Shown here: positions 32,062 through 42,907 of the stretch, piece by piece
Layout of the letters: every line of letters starts with the position of its first letter
Numbering within the stretch: position 1 is the first letter of the stretch
DNA from: Candidatus Marinamargulisbacteria bacterium
GTDB taxonomy: Bacteria > Margulisbacteria > Marinamargulisbacteria > UBA817
DNA length: 64,000 nucleotides
Assembly (NCBI GenBank): GCA_023262965.1
Contig: JALQXX010000004.1
Coordinates: 2,897-66,896 of the forward strand
Direction of reading: 5' to 3'
The notes under the pieces: model-generated
The model's database searches: none
What the model was told of the DNA's origin: nothing
Seen by the model: the letters and a program-made list of their open reading frames with translations, nothing else
Made by a program: the position numbers and the translations under genes

Positions 32062-33998
32062 CATCCTTTATTGCAAAAGGCAACACCTCTCATACGCGAT
32101 TCCACCCGATTAAACGATCCTTTTCGTATGACATATGTTATATGCTGGTACACTTAAATAAAGCCGACGATCTCAATCGCATGTGGGGATTTAAGTGGGA
32201 CCGATTTTGGGGTTTTTCAATACATACCACCGACTATATTAATCACAGCACAGTACCGCTTCATTCAAAGGCAATGGCCTTTATAAATCATCATTGTCCA
32301 ACGATTGCTGTGACAGATGTGTATATGTTAACCATCCCCTCATTTTTTAATCGCCGATTTAACCCCGTATCGTTCATCTATTATTTGGATTCAAGCCATA
32401 CGATTTGTGCTATTGTCGCTGAAGTTCACAATACATTCTCAGAAAAACACATGTATTTACTATCTGACCCCGTTATCAAAAACAATGATATTCATTTTGC
32501 AACAGAAAAAGTATTCCACGTATCCCCATTTTTTGAGCGGAATGGTTATTATCGGTTTATTTTTTCTAAAAATATGTATACCATTAACATATCAATTGAC
32601 TACTATAGAGAGGATACATTAATGTTTAATGCCAAACTACATACATCAAGCCATCCACTACACCGTTTATCCATGTTCCAAACCGGAGGGTATTTAGCCA
32701 AAAGTGCTATAGCTACATTCCCTCGCATTCTTATTCAAGCATTCCGTCTTAAATTAAAGCACAAATTGCATCATTATCGAAAACCGCGTTTGAATCATCC
32801 ATTATCGTCCCCACAACGCCCCCCCAATTTTCTGGAGCGCTATTGCATAAAACGCGTTTTGAATACCTTGAGTACAATCACGTTGGGCGAAATAACACTT
32901 CACTTGCCCGATGGCCAAGTCCATGTTTTTGGAACAGGTATTCCCTATGGAACACTCCATATTCATGATTATCGCGCGTTTTTACGGATTGCCTTTAAGG
33001 GTGATATTGGATTTGCCAATGCCTATATGTATGGCGAATTAACCGCACCGGACCTTGAATCATTATTTGAAATATTGATATTGAATGAAAGTATAATAAA
33101 AAAATCATCAAATAAAAATATAGTTTACACAATAATTCGTAGATTTTCTCATTATATTCGGCGCAACACCATTCAAAACTCACGAAAAAATATTATTGAC
33201 CATTACGATTTAGGAAACGCATTTTTCTCATTATTTTTAGATACCAACCGGGTGTACTCATCGGCAATTTTTGAAAATGAAACCCAATCGTTAGCCGATG
33301 CCCAACAGTATAAAATGGATGCCATTCTTGATCGGTGTGACGTACAAAAGCATCATCATTTATTGGAAATAGGCTCCGGCTGGGGTGCCCTAGCCATTCG
33401 TGCTGCCGAAAAACGGGGGTGTCGTGTTACCACCATCACCATCAGTCAAGAACAATATGAATTCGTAAAAAAAGAAATTAATAAACGTCATTTAGATCAT
33501 ATGATTGAAGTTAAGTTGATGGATTATCGCTTGTTGAATGGTCAATTTGATCGAATTGTATCGGTGGAGATGCTGGAGGCCGTTGGACACGATTTTTTAC
33601 CCACATTTTTTAACCAATGTTATAAATTACTGCGTCCCAAGGGAAAGGCCGCCTACCAGTGCATTATGATTCCCGAGAGTCGTTATGACGACTATAGAAA
33701 CTCTCAAGATTTTATTCAAAAATATATTTTTCCTGGGGGACATCTTCCCACATTATCCCACATTCAATCGGTTATTCAATCGGCGGGATTTCGTTGGGTA
33801 CGTGTTGACACCATTACCAATCACTATGTACGCACATTGCAGGAATGGGCAAACCGTTTTATAGCAAACAAAGACGCCATTCACGAACATGGATTTTCGG
33901 AAACATTCTTTAATACATGGGTATATTATTTTTACTACTGCTCGGCTGGCTTCAAGCAAGATTATATTCATAATCATCAGTTTGTAATTGAAAAATGA
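32049..33998 (+). CDS. Fusion protein: DUF1365 domain plus cyclopropane-fatty-acyl-phospholipid-synthase-like SAM methyltransferase
   Basis: A single ORF. The N-terminal half, SFIAKGNTSHTRFHPIKRSFSYDICYMLVHLNKADDL, is DUF1365-like. The C-terminal half has CFAS motifs (HYDLGNAFFSLFLD, LLEIGSGWGALAI, IVSVEMLEAVGH, YIFPGGHLP). The start is taken at ATG 32049; the track ORF starts at 31974. Confidence 0.8.
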   Translation: MSVLTSFIAKGNTSHTRFHPIKRSFSYDICYMLVHLNKADDLNRMWGFKWDRFWGFSIHTTDYINHSTVPLHSKAMAFINHHCPTIAVTDVYMLTIPSFFNRRFNPVSFIYYLDSSHTICAIVAEVHNTFSEKHMYLLSDPVIKNNDIHFATEKVFHVSPFFERNGYYRFIFSKNMYTINISIDYYREDTLMFNAKLHTSSHPLHRLSMFQTGGYLAKSAIATFPRILIQAFRLKLKHKLHHYRKPRLNHPLSSPQRPPNFLERYCIKRVLNTLSTITLGEITLHLPDGQVHVFGTGIPYGTLHIHDYRAFLRIAFKGDIGFANAYMYGELTAPDLESLFEILILNESIIKKSSNKNIVYTIIRRFSHYIRRNTIQNSRKNIIDHYDLGNAFFSLFLDTNRVYSSAIFENETQSLADAQQYKMDAILDRCDVQKHHHLLEIGSGWGALAIRAAEKRGCRVTTITISQEQYEFVKKEINKRHLDHMIEVKLMDYRLLNGQFDRIVSVEMLEAVGHDFLPTFFNQCYKLLRPKGKAAYQCIMIPESRYDDYRNSQDFIQKYIFPGGHLPTLSHIQSVIQSAGFRWVRVDTITNHYVRTLQEWANRFIANKDAIHEHGFSETFFNTWVYYFYYCSAGFKQDYIHNHQFVIEK

Positions 33999-34765
33999 CT
34001 CCTTTAGCCTATTGGTATTATGCGGTTTGGATTATATTGATTATGATGGCGATTGCATTGCCTTGGATTCTTTACTATAAAAAATTACACGTTTTTGATG
34101 TTTTTTGGGGTATCAATATTGCCGTGGGCATTATCGCACTCAGTGTATATGCCTCTGTTCGACCTCTCATCGAATTAGCCATTCCCTTGCTATTGATTGC
34201 CGCTTGGGGCGCTCGATTATCGTTATTTTTGTTATACACCCGTATTTTGCCATCTCACTCCGATCGACGCTACCAAGCACTATCCAAAAATGCATTTTAC
34301 TCAACCATATTGAAACAAGGCCTTATCCAAGGGGCATTGCAGACAGGCCTGATTATGACCGGATTTCCACTGATTGTAACAGCCCCTGTATTACCCGTGG
34401 TTTGGGTAGGCGGTATACTTGTCAGTGCGATAGCATTGGTGTTGGAATCACTCGCCGATTGGCAGTTGCACCAACATAAACAAACCCATACGGGCTTATG
34501 CCAAACGGGTTTATGGCGATACTCCCGTCATCCCAATTACTTTTTTGAATGGGTATTTTGGATGGGGATCGGTAGCCTTTATATTCCCCATAGCTCAGCT
34601 CTTGTTGCCCTTGTTGGCCCCACCACTCTATTTATTGTTATGTACTTTATTACAGGACCTTACACGGAGCGATTAAGTGCTGCCAAGCACGGTAAATCGT
34701 TTGAATTGTTATGCCAATCCACGCCTTATTTTTTTCCCAGGAGACCTAAAAACCGTGCTAATTAA
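33995..34765 (+). CDS. DUF1295 / steroid-5-alpha-reductase-like membrane protein
   Basis: 256 aa, polytopic, with WRYSRHPNYFFEW. Its start overlaps the upstream stop. Confidence 0.75.
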   Translation: MTPLAYWYYAVWIILIMMAIALPWILYYKKLHVFDVFWGINIAVGIIALSVYASVRPLIELAIPLLLIAAWGARLSLFLLYTRILPSHSDRRYQALSKNAFYSTILKQGLIQGALQTGLIMTGFPLIVTAPVLPVVWVGGILVSAIALVLESLADWQLHQHKQTHTGLCQTGLWRYSRHPNYFFEWVFWMGIGSLYIPHSSALVALVGPTTLFIVMYFITGPYTERLSAAKHGKSFELLCQSTPYFFPRRPKNRAN

Positions 34766-35597
34766 ATACTTTCTTTTGATTTTCGGGGCAATAATCAGCC
34801 TGTATCCCTATTCAATTACTATTCATGCTGCAGATAAGTGGCGTGATTTGCTCGCAAACTATCCCATTCGCCCACTATCGACCTATACCGTGTCAGGCAA
34901 AACCTATTATGCCCAAACCAATGATGCCCAATCATTTGAAATGACATTTCAGTTTGACCCCTTTATTAAACTTGATTTAACATCACCGGATATTGTATCT
35001 TCCTTGGTTTTAACGCCACAGTTTGAGGTCAAACAAACCACATTTAAAACATCCAATCCTGAATTAACTGAAAAATTAACCTATGATCATCGCATTGGAT
35101 CTCGAAACGACTACGATCAAATGGTGTTTGATTTTTATAAAAATGGCGCTAGCTATAAAACCAAATCCGTATACTATCCCCCCAATACCCTAGATACGTT
35201 TTCAATTCTTGCTTTATTGCAATTACTCTGTCAAATACCGGGGACGCCCCTTATCATGGCCGATTTAGGGGTCCAACATCGGGCTATTCGTGTACCAATT
35301 CTGCTTCAAAAAAATGATGCCACAACCTTATCAACGGTGCTAAATACTTACACCCTACCCCCATTGTTCGTTCAGAAAATCACCCCATTACCCACCAATG
35401 TGGTGTTTTTCACCATGAAGGTAACCGGTTGGCAAGGGCTTTTATACAATCACAGACATTACTATGCCTTTGACGCAACGTTTCCACATAACTATGTCGG
35501 GCATTGGGGCGGTCCAGACGAAATGAATATTTTTTCATGGCGGGATTCCATCAAAACCCAACCATTCGTACAGGGTCCAAGTGAGGCAGTCGAATAA
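34755..35597 (+). CDS. Secreted protein of unknown function
   Basis: ORF 34677..35597. In-frame GTG 34755 gives a signal-like start, VLIKYFLLIFGAIISLYPYSITIHA. No family was recognised. Confidence 0.45.
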   Translation: MLIKYFLLIFGAIISLYPYSITIHAADKWRDLLANYPIRPLSTYTVSGKTYYAQTNDAQSFEMTFQFDPFIKLDLTSPDIVSSLVLTPQFEVKQTTFKTSNPELTEKLTYDHRIGSRNDYDQMVFDFYKNGASYKTKSVYYPPNTLDTFSILALLQLLCQIPGTPLIMADLGVQHRAIRVPILLQKNDATTLSTVLNTYTLPPLFVQKITPLPTNVVFFTMKVTGWQGLLYNHRHYYAFDATFPHNYVGHWGGPDEMNIFSWRDSIKTQPFVQGPSEAVE

Positions 35598-36348
35598 TAT
35601 GCTGCGCCTCTATTGGCTTTTGAACATCCAGCCAAAAAAAGTCTATTCCATTCAATGCCCGTTTTGAAAAAACCAACACGTCCCCATTCACGGCAATGAC
35701 CGATCCCGATTCAGACATCACATCATACACCTTATGTACGCCCCATGATTCACAAGCATAGATCCCCCCATCCGTTGACAAGGAAAAATAAATAGTTCCC
35801 GATTCATGTAGGGCAATCGACGCAATGGGATACAATTCACGGGTTCGTTGCGTGATCGTTTCGTTATCCACATCCATTTCAAATATGCTGTTTCCGTCGT
35901 GATATATAATCCGGCTATCCGATGCGTATATCATTTGATGGGGCAATGGAAAAAACGCAGGGATCGATAATTTAATGTCTTTCAAATCGATTAAACGACG
36001 CTTATACATGTCCCCTTCTGCAGTAACGTAATAAAAATAATCATTTTTTTTTGAAAAAACCCCCGCCACAATGGTATTATCCAAAGCATAACGATACACC
36101 AGAACCTCGGTAGGTTGCGTGTAATTGATGACACGTTTATTCGAGACGGATACCCATTGAGGGGCCTCATCTGTTCCTAATGTTGCCATATCTTCAAGCG
36201 CCATTTTGTGAATGCCACCAGAATATTTAAAAAAACGCCCGTCAGCGGTTGAAAAATAAAACCTAGGGGAATTTAACGCATCTGAGCCAACATTATGGGC
36301 ACATCCAAGCATAATCAACGGTAAAAAAATCACCCAATATCGAATCAT
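35551..36348 (-). CDS. Lipoprotein, probably beta-propeller-like
   Basis: Lipobox MIRYWVIFLPLIMLGC. Y/F-x-x-x-DG-x-hydrophobic strand motifs recur (FYFSTADGRFFKY, FYYVTAEGDMYKR, IYFSLSTDGGIYA). Confidence 0.55.
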   Translation of the reverse strand: MIRYWVIFLPLIMLGCAHNVGSDALNSPRFYFSTADGRFFKYSGGIHKMALEDMATLGTDEAPQWVSVSNKRVINYTQPTEVLVYRYALDNTIVAGVFSKKNDYFYYVTAEGDMYKRRLIDLKDIKLSIPAFFPLPHQMIYASDSRIIYHDGNSIFEMDVDNETITQRTRELYPIASIALHESGTIYFSLSTDGGIYACESWGVHKVYDVMSESGSVIAVNGDVLVFSKRALNGIDFFWLDVQKPIEAQHIIRLPHLDPVRMVGF

Positions 36349-36496
36349 AAACCACCTTTTTGTGTATTATGAATTCAATATTCCCAAAAGGAGACATGGC
36401 TAAACATACAAATAGCGCATGCCCTTTTTTCGGATAAACTAGAAATCAGAAGAACGGACGATTCGTTTTTTTGATTTTTATGCGACGCCTAATAAA

Positions 36497-36661
36497 TTAT
36501 TTTTCTTCTTTGTAGACGACATGTTTGCGAAGCAACGGATCAAATTTTTTAATTTCAATCCGAGTCGGCGTGTTACGCGTGCTTTTTTCAGTATGATACG
36601 CGTGACCAGACTCACTGCTCTTCAAAACAACATGACGACGAATTCCTTTTTTTTTAGCCAT
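36497..36661 (-). CDS. rpmG: 50S ribosomal protein L33
   Basis: [54 protein letters not shown], 54 aa. The track ORF carries a spurious 20-codon 5' extension. Confidence 0.9.
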   Translation of the reverse strand: MAKKKGIRRHVVLKSSESGHAYHTEKSTRNTPTRIEIKKFDPLLRKHVVYKEEK

Positions 36662-36730
36662 ATAGTAATGGTAGAGCAGTCTAAAAAAGTTGTAAAGTTT
36701 TTTATTGATAGAGTTATCCAAAATAGTATC

Positions 36731-37822
36731 ATGACAAATCGCTGGGTCTTCGTTAGAATAATTATTATGGCAATAGCAGTAACATTACTCGGGCTTGGTT
36801 TGGTTATTTTTATTCATGAACTGGGGCATTTGGTTGCAGCAAAACGTGCTAATGTGGGGGTTTCCGAGTTTGCTGTCGGTATGGGGCCTAAAATTGTAGG
36901 GTTTGTATGGCGAAATACGCAGTATTCATTGCGATTACTGCCTTTTGGCGGATTTATCCGCGTTAGAGGCTTGGATGATTTAGACCCATGCCCCATTGAG
37001 GACGATTATCGATTAAAACCCAAATGGCAAAAAGCGATGATATTGGCTGCCGGATCCATTATGAATATTATTTTGGGATTTATTATTTATACAGGTATTG
37101 CTTTGACATTTGGGCACCCAACACCAATTGGCACCGTTTACAATGTTAAAGAAGCGTCTCCCGCATTTGTTGCAGGCGTTCAATCTGGAGATGAATGGAT
37201 CGCTATTAACGACACCCCATTAGGTAATTTGCAGCCGTCGTTTATATCGTGGATTCATGATTCAGAAGGGGTGCCATTTACAGTAACATTTGTACGAGAC
37301 ACAGTCGTCATGACCGTTGATTTATCCGCTGAAAAAGATAGCGCTGAATCGCCTTATCGTATAGGGGTTATTTTCGACAATGTGTACATGCCTTATTCCA
37401 TCATACAAAGCCTGTCCGTCGGATTCCACGAAACACTGAATAAAATTGGCCAATCATTTTTATCGATTAAATTATTACTAACAGGGGATGCGAGCATTAG
37501 CGATTTAGCGGGGCCGGTGGGCATTGTTCAGTTAGCCTCCAACCAATTCAACGTAAATATATTGGCGTTTTTGAACGTTATGGCATTTATAAGCATCAGC
37601 TTGGGGGTGATTAATATGATGCCTCTGCCTGTTTTAGATGGTGGCCACTTGCTATTTTTGATCATTGAAGCTTTGCGTGGTAAACCCTTACAACCGCGGG
37701 TGGAAACGATCCTCACAACCATTGCAACCGTATGTTTGATTAGCATTATGGCGTTTGGGGTTGTTAATGATGTTATCAGTTGGGATGACCGCACAACACT
37801 ATTGAGGCAATTAAATCCATGA
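36731..37822 (+). CDS. rseP: Site-2 protease RseP (M50 zinc metalloprotease with PDZ domain)
   Basis: [11 protein letters not shown] HExxH in the first TM helix, a PDZ-like segment ([16 protein letters not shown]) and C-terminal [13 protein letters not shown]. The start is taken at ATG 36731; the track ORF start at 36521 overlaps rpmG. Confidence 0.9.
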   Translation: MTNRWVFVRIIIMAIAVTLLGLGLVIFIHELGHLVAAKRANVGVSEFAVGMGPKIVGFVWRNTQYSLRLLPFGGFIRVRGLDDLDPCPIEDDYRLKPKWQKAMILAAGSIMNIILGFIIYTGIALTFGHPTPIGTVYNVKEASPAFVAGVQSGDEWIAINDTPLGNLQPSFISWIHDSEGVPFTVTFVRDTVVMTVDLSAEKDSAESPYRIGVIFDNVYMPYSIIQSLSVGFHETLNKIGQSFLSIKLLLTGDASISDLAGPVGIVQLASNQFNVNILAFLNVMAFISISLGVINMMPLPVLDGGHLLFLIIEALRGKPLQPRVETILTTIATVCLISIMAFGVVNDVISWDDRTTLLRQLNP

Positions 37823-39825
37823 TGTCTCCGATTGATCCGATACTTACAAAAGTAGCCAATACCATTCGCGGATTGTCGGTTGACGCTATTGACAAAGCCA
37901 ATTCGGGTCATCCAGGTTTACCGCTTGGCTGCGCTGAGTTATTTGCCTATTTATATGGTGTGGGATTAAACCATAGCCCCGACTATCCTCATTGGATCAA
38001 TCGCGATCGATTCATTTTATCGGCGGGTCATGGTTCGATAGGCTTGTATGCCGCACTGCATTTAAGCGGTTTTGATGTATCCCTATCCGACCTGAAGTCA
38101 TTTCGGCAATATCATGCCAAAACGCCTGGTCATCCCGAATATGGCTATAGTCATGGTATTGAGACTACCACAGGCCCCTTAGGGCAAGGGATTGCATCCG
38201 GTGTTGGCATGGCATTGGGAATGGCCATGTTGCGCACTCGATTCCAGACGGACCCATATTCTCATTTGTTTGACGCCAAAGTGTTTATTTTAGCGGGCGA
38301 TGGATGCATGATGGAAGGCATTTCGTCTGAGGCATCATCCTTTGCCGGGCATTTGCAACTGGACAATCTGATTCTTATATACGATTCAAATGACATTTGC
38401 TTGGATGGTCCTACTTCTGAGTGTCTTTCTGAAAAAACGGCTCTCCGCTATGAAGCTTACGGTTGGTTTGTTCAAACAATTGATGGACATTCACTATCGG
38501 CTATTCACACCGCTGTTGAAAACGCAAGGAAATCATCAAAACCCGCTTTAATTATTGCAAAAACCATTATTGGAAAAGGCGCTCCAACCCGTGAAGGCAC
38601 ATCGGATGCTCATGGAAAGCCCTTAGGTGAATCCTTATCCCAGGCATTAAAAAATGAGTTGGGCATCCCTGAGAGCCCCCTATTTTATGTTCCAACCGAT
38701 GTAACGTATTTCTTTAAAGAGCGTCAACGGGTTCAGAAAAGCAACTACACCCATTGGAACAATCACTTTGAATCATGGGCCCATGATTTTCCGGATGCGG
38801 CCGCACAATATCATCAACACATAAACCCTACCCCTTCGAATCTGTACCAAGAACTCAAAAATGTATCGATATCACCCAACAAAGCCACACGGGTGCAATC
38901 GGCTGAATGCCTTCGGTTATTGGGACGGTTGGTCCCCAATTTAATTGGTGGATCGGCGGATTTATCGTGTTCTGACAACACCTATTTAACCGATTACGCG
39001 GCCCTATGTGCGGGCGATTTTTCAGGACGAAATATTAAATATGGGGTTCGTGAATTTGCCATGGCCGGGATTGCATCCGGACTCGCACTCACCCAACGAT
39101 TTCGTCCTTATATTGGCACCTTTCTTATGTTTTCGGATTATATGCGAAATGCCATTCGTATGAGTGCGCTTATGGGCATTCCAGTGGTGTATCAATTTAC
39201 CCATGATTCTGTTTTTTTGGGTGAAGACGGCCCCACCCATCAACCCATTGAACATCTGGCGTCACTGCGGGCCATACCCAACTTATATGTGTTTCGCCCT
39301 GGCGACGAAACGGAGGTAAAAGCCGCCTGGTATCATGCTATGACCACCAACTCTCCCACGGCGATTGTGTTATCGCGTCAAGCTATAACCTCTCTTGAAT
39401 CCACCTGTTTTGATGGGGCTCTCAAGGGCGGTTATTTGCTCCACGATACCCCAAATGCCATCCTCACACTATTTGCCACCGGATCGGAATGTTCCTTGGC
39501 GGTTGATGTTGCCCGAGGTTTATTGGAATCGGGTATTTCAACGCGGGTGATATCGATGGTGTGCTGGGAAGTGTTTCATGAACAATCGACCGCCTACCAA
39601 CGCGCTATTTTGGGAGAAACAAGTTACAATGCGGCCATTGAAGCCGCTCACTCATTGGGATGGGCGCAGTTTATTGGACGTGATGGCCTGTGCATTTCAG
39701 TGGATACATTCGGCATTAGTGCCCCAGAATCCGCAATTCGACAGCATTATGGATTTACAAAAGATGCGATCATAACGCGGTTACTGTCATGGATGACTCC
39801 CGGGGAATCCGATGATTCAGTTTAA
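37819..39825 (+). CDS. tkt: Transketolase
   Basis: 668 aa with SGHPGLPLGCAE, GDGCMMEGISSEA and GEDGPTHQPIEHL. Confidence 0.95.
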   Translation: MMSPIDPILTKVANTIRGLSVDAIDKANSGHPGLPLGCAELFAYLYGVGLNHSPDYPHWINRDRFILSAGHGSIGLYAALHLSGFDVSLSDLKSFRQYHAKTPGHPEYGYSHGIETTTGPLGQGIASGVGMALGMAMLRTRFQTDPYSHLFDAKVFILAGDGCMMEGISSEASSFAGHLQLDNLILIYDSNDICLDGPTSECLSEKTALRYEAYGWFVQTIDGHSLSAIHTAVENARKSSKPALIIAKTIIGKGAPTREGTSDAHGKPLGESLSQALKNELGIPESPLFYVPTDVTYFFKERQRVQKSNYTHWNNHFESWAHDFPDAAAQYHQHINPTPSNLYQELKNVSISPNKATRVQSAECLRLLGRLVPNLIGGSADLSCSDNTYLTDYAALCAGDFSGRNIKYGVREFAMAGIASGLALTQRFRPYIGTFLMFSDYMRNAIRMSALMGIPVVYQFTHDSVFLGEDGPTHQPIEHLASLRAIPNLYVFRPGDETEVKAAWYHAMTTNSPTAIVLSRQAITSLESTCFDGALKGGYLLHDTPNAILTLFATGSECSLAVDVARGLLESGISTRVISMVCWEVFHEQSTAYQRAILGETSYNAAIEAAHSLGWAQFIGRDGLCISVDTFGISAPESAIRQHYGFTKDAIITRLLSWMTPGESDDSV

Positions 39826-40492
39826 AAAAGTAACCAAGGCGTATCCCAATGGATTCAACGCTTTATGCAATATTGATTTGGTTATTCCCGAAAATGAATT
39901 TGTGTATCTAATTGGCCCCTCCGGAGCGGGTAAATCCACATTACTTCGACTTATTTTTATGGAAGAATTGGCCTCATCTGGAGAAATCATTATTGATAAA
40001 TATGTGTTAAGTGAACTGACACCGGTTCAAATCCCTTATTATCGACGTAATATTGGCATGATTTTTCAAGACTACAAGCTATTACCTCGCCGAACCGTTT
40101 ATGAAAATGTTGCATTTGCTCTGCATGTCATGCACGTTTCTCCTAAAAAAATTCGAGAACAGGTCGACTATGCCTTGGATTTGGTGGGATTATCAGGAAA
40201 AAAAACACATTATCCACGTGAACTATCGGGTGGTGAACAACAAAAAATATGTATTGCTCGCGCGATTGTAAATCAACCCGCCATATTACTATGTGATGAG
40301 CCCACCGGCAATCTCGATCCGGAAACATCTTGGGAAATTGTTCATCTATTAACAAAAATTAATGCTTACAATACCACCATACTGATGGCAACACATGATA
40401 CCGAAATTGTTGATGGCATTCCCAAACGCGTTATTGCTGTCAACAAAGGTATTTTGGCTCGGGATCAAGTGCTGGGTACGTATGTGCAATGA
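39812..40492 (+). CDS. ftsE: Cell division ATP-binding protein FtsE
   Basis: 226 aa with GPSGAGKSTLL and LSGGEQQK, followed by ftsX with an overlapping stop and start. Confidence 0.88.
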   Translation: MIQFKKVTKAYPNGFNALCNIDLVIPENEFVYLIGPSGAGKSTLLRLIFMEELASSGEIIIDKYVLSELTPVQIPYYRRNIGMIFQDYKLLPRRTVYENVAFALHVMHVSPKKIREQVDYALDLVGLSGKKTHYPRELSGGEQQKICIARAIVNQPAILLCDEPTGNLDPETSWEIVHLLTKINAYNTTILMATHDTEIVDGIPKRVIAVNKGILARDQVLGTYVQ

Positions 40493-41373
40493 CTGGCATT
40501 AACGCGCTCCTATTCTTTTTAAACGAAACATTTATTGGTATTCGTCGCTCTCGGCTGATGAGTCTGATTGCGGTAGCTACCGTCGCTGTCACCCTCATTA
40601 TTTTGGGTTTATTCATGGTAATATCGGCTAATATTGGCCGAATTACATATGATATTGCCTCCAAACTGGATATCCGGTTGTTTTTGAAAAAAAACATGTC
40701 TATTGAAGATATTCAGCAATTCAAGCGAAAGTTAAAGTCTATCGAGGGTATTAATGACGTGGTATTTATTGACAATGACACCGCTTGGAATACGCTTAAA
40801 GAGCACTATAGCCATCTGCAATTTGATGAATTCATTGAAAAGAACCCCCTGCCCCATTCATTAATCATTACCTTAAATCGATCTCACGATATTGCCCCCA
40901 TGATCTTGTATTTAAAACGGTATAATACCATTATTGATGATATTGTTTATGGTGGCGAATTGGCCGAGCGTGTGGATGTATTTCGGAAATTTATATCCCT
41001 ATTTGGTTGGTCACTGATCATATTATTGGTAATGTCCTCACTGTTTATTATAGTCAACACCATTCGATTGACCGTGATTGTGCGTGATGAAGAAATTGGT
41101 ATTATGCAATTGGTTGGTGCCACCAACCGATTTATAAAAATCCCGTTTTTAATTGAAGGGTTTATTATTGGCATTTTAGGGGCCGGTATTGCAGTGACTG
41201 TATTGATTTTGGTATACAATCCAATTGTTAGTCAATTAGTTGAAGAGCTGCCATTTCTTCCATTTATCACGAATCACTCCAGCTTATACTATATCTATGG
41301 ATTTGTTCTTATGTCCGGTGCTATCATAGGTACAGTAGGTGCGTATATATCAATATCACGCAGTTTAAAATGA
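40489..41373 (+). CDS. ftsX: Cell division permease-like protein FtsX
   Basis: 294 aa with TM1, a periplasmic domain and 3 C-terminal TM helices, directly coupled to ftsE. Confidence 0.85.
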   Translation: MTGINALLFFLNETFIGIRRSRLMSLIAVATVAVTLIILGLFMVISANIGRITYDIASKLDIRLFLKKNMSIEDIQQFKRKLKSIEGINDVVFIDNDTAWNTLKEHYSHLQFDEFIEKNPLPHSLIITLNRSHDIAPMILYLKRYNTIIDDIVYGGELAERVDVFRKFISLFGWSLIILLVMSSLFIIVNTIRLTVIVRDEEIGIMQLVGATNRFIKIPFLIEGFIIGILGAGIAVTVLILVYNPIVSQLVEELPFLPFITNHSSLYYIYGFVLMSGAIIGTVGAYISISRSLK

Positions 41374-41386
41374 AAGGTCGGTTAAT

Positions 41387-42871
41387 ATGTTACAATTTTT
41401 GAGAAAAAACAGCATTAACATCGTTTATGGTATTGTTATTACCTTTATTACAACAACATTTTTGGGATTTTTCTTTTTTAATGACACATTTCAATCATCT
41501 CGTACGATTGAAAGAGCTCGTTTGGATAATGCGGAAGCCGTGGCTCGCATTGGGGATCGTCCGGTTACCAAACGATTTTATGAAATGGCATTGCAAGAGA
41601 TTCAAGCAACCCTACCTTCGGACACATCGTTAACCAAATCCATGATTGAGTCCCTGCAATTGCAGGCACTTCAACGAGCGATTGAAAATACGTTATTATT
41701 GGATATCGGTTTATCCCAAAAAATCTCGGTATCACGATCCGACATAAAAACAGGGCTGTTATCGGTTATGGACACCTGGGGCGTCACCACTACAACCGAG
41801 TTGAAATCATCCTTAAAAGCAGCTGGCCAGTCGTACTCCGAAACCGTTAAAGATTTAAAAGATCAATTAATTGTGATAAAAACACGCCAGGCATTAGCGC
41901 AACCGCAGCCAATTAATGATACAATCCGACCTTATATCAATAAACGATTCAATATTAAAACCCTATTTATTTCACAGTTATCATCCTCAAACGTCATGAT
42001 TGATTCCGATGAACTGTATCGTCAGGCGCAACTATTACGTGAACGTATTCACGATGATGCATCGTTTGACGCTGCTTGGCGAACGCAATTTCCAGATGAA
42101 ACAATACCCACGCCCTCATTTGTTTGGCTTCAGCTAAACCAGATCATCCCTGATATTGCAATGCCTCTTGTTACATTAACGGCCGGCGACATTTCAAATC
42201 CCATAAAGACACTCAATGGGTATTATATTCTTCAACTCAAAGCGATGGATGAATTGCCTGTAAGCCGTCATATTACCGAAGAACAACTGGCCGATGCATG
42301 GGGACGAAATACACTGTATGCTTATTTGAACAACGCGCAATCCGGACGCGGGATATCGGTTGATAATATCGTATTAAAAGCATTGCAGTTCAAAGCTCAG
42401 GGAAATTTTCAAAAAGCCATTGAAACCTATATTGGCATGATGTCAGCCAATCCATCCGATCCGTATCCCAATATCGCTATTGCCGAATTGTATCTTCTAA
42501 TGGGAAATGCTAGTGAGGCAAAAACCGCCTTGCTTAAAGCACAAATAAAAGAATCGTTACTAGCGGACAGTATTGTTGTACCTGAAATCCATATCCTATT
42601 GGCTGAAATTTACGATAAAGAAAAGGCGACTCAACAACGTGATGATCAGTTGAATAAACTATTAACGTTAACCGATAACGAAAGTGTTTTAATCTACTTA
42701 AAGAAAACATTTACCCGTCTGAAGGATTCGTCGCGTTTACGTACCGTTGACGCCCGATTGGATGACTTAAAAAAAGCGGCCACAATTGAAACCACTATTG
42801 ATGAAATCAGTAGTGAATCTTCTGAATTCATTGAATTTAGTGACAAAAAGGGCGCGGATGATACTTTTTAA
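41387..42871 (+). CDS. Membrane-anchored periplasmic chaperone (PpiD/SurA-like) with parvulin-like and TPR-like regions
   Basis: 494 aa with an N-terminal TM anchor, a parvulin-like stretch (ISNPIKTLNGYYILQLK) and a C-terminal TPR-like region (GNFQKAIETYIGMMSANPSDPYPNIAIAELYLLMGN). Confidence 0.55.
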   Translation: MLQFLRKNSINIVYGIVITFITTTFLGFFFFNDTFQSSRTIERARLDNAEAVARIGDRPVTKRFYEMALQEIQATLPSDTSLTKSMIESLQLQALQRAIENTLLLDIGLSQKISVSRSDIKTGLLSVMDTWGVTTTTELKSSLKAAGQSYSETVKDLKDQLIVIKTRQALAQPQPINDTIRPYINKRFNIKTLFISQLSSSNVMIDSDELYRQAQLLRERIHDDASFDAAWRTQFPDETIPTPSFVWLQLNQIIPDIAMPLVTLTAGDISNPIKTLNGYYILQLKAMDELPVSRHITEEQLADAWGRNTLYAYLNNAQSGRGISVDNIVLKALQFKAQGNFQKAIETYIGMMSANPSDPYPNIAIAELYLLMGNASEAKTALLKAQIKESLLADSIVVPEIHILLAEIYDKEKATQQRDDQLNKLLTLTDNESVLIYLKKTFTRLKDSSRLRTVDARLDDLKKAATIETTIDEISSESSEFIEFSDKKGADDTF

Positions 42872-42907
42872 ATATAGGCGCTGGCGCTTCTTAATCACTC
42901 TCACAAA

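Noticed and set aside
36396-36470. 13-codon ORF (MAKHTNSACPFFG) with an upstream AAAGGAG and a downstream AACG/CGTT hairpin plus T7 run
   Set aside because: The SD-to-ATG spacing is too short (about 2-3 nt) and the hairpin has only 4 bp. Nothing upstream is transcribed in this direction, so there is not enough evidence for a leader peptide or sRNA.
36521-36730. 5' extension of the RseP ORF (track start 36521)
   Set aside because: It overlaps rpmG on the opposite strand and translates to non-conserved sequence. The conserved RseP body begins at Met 36731.
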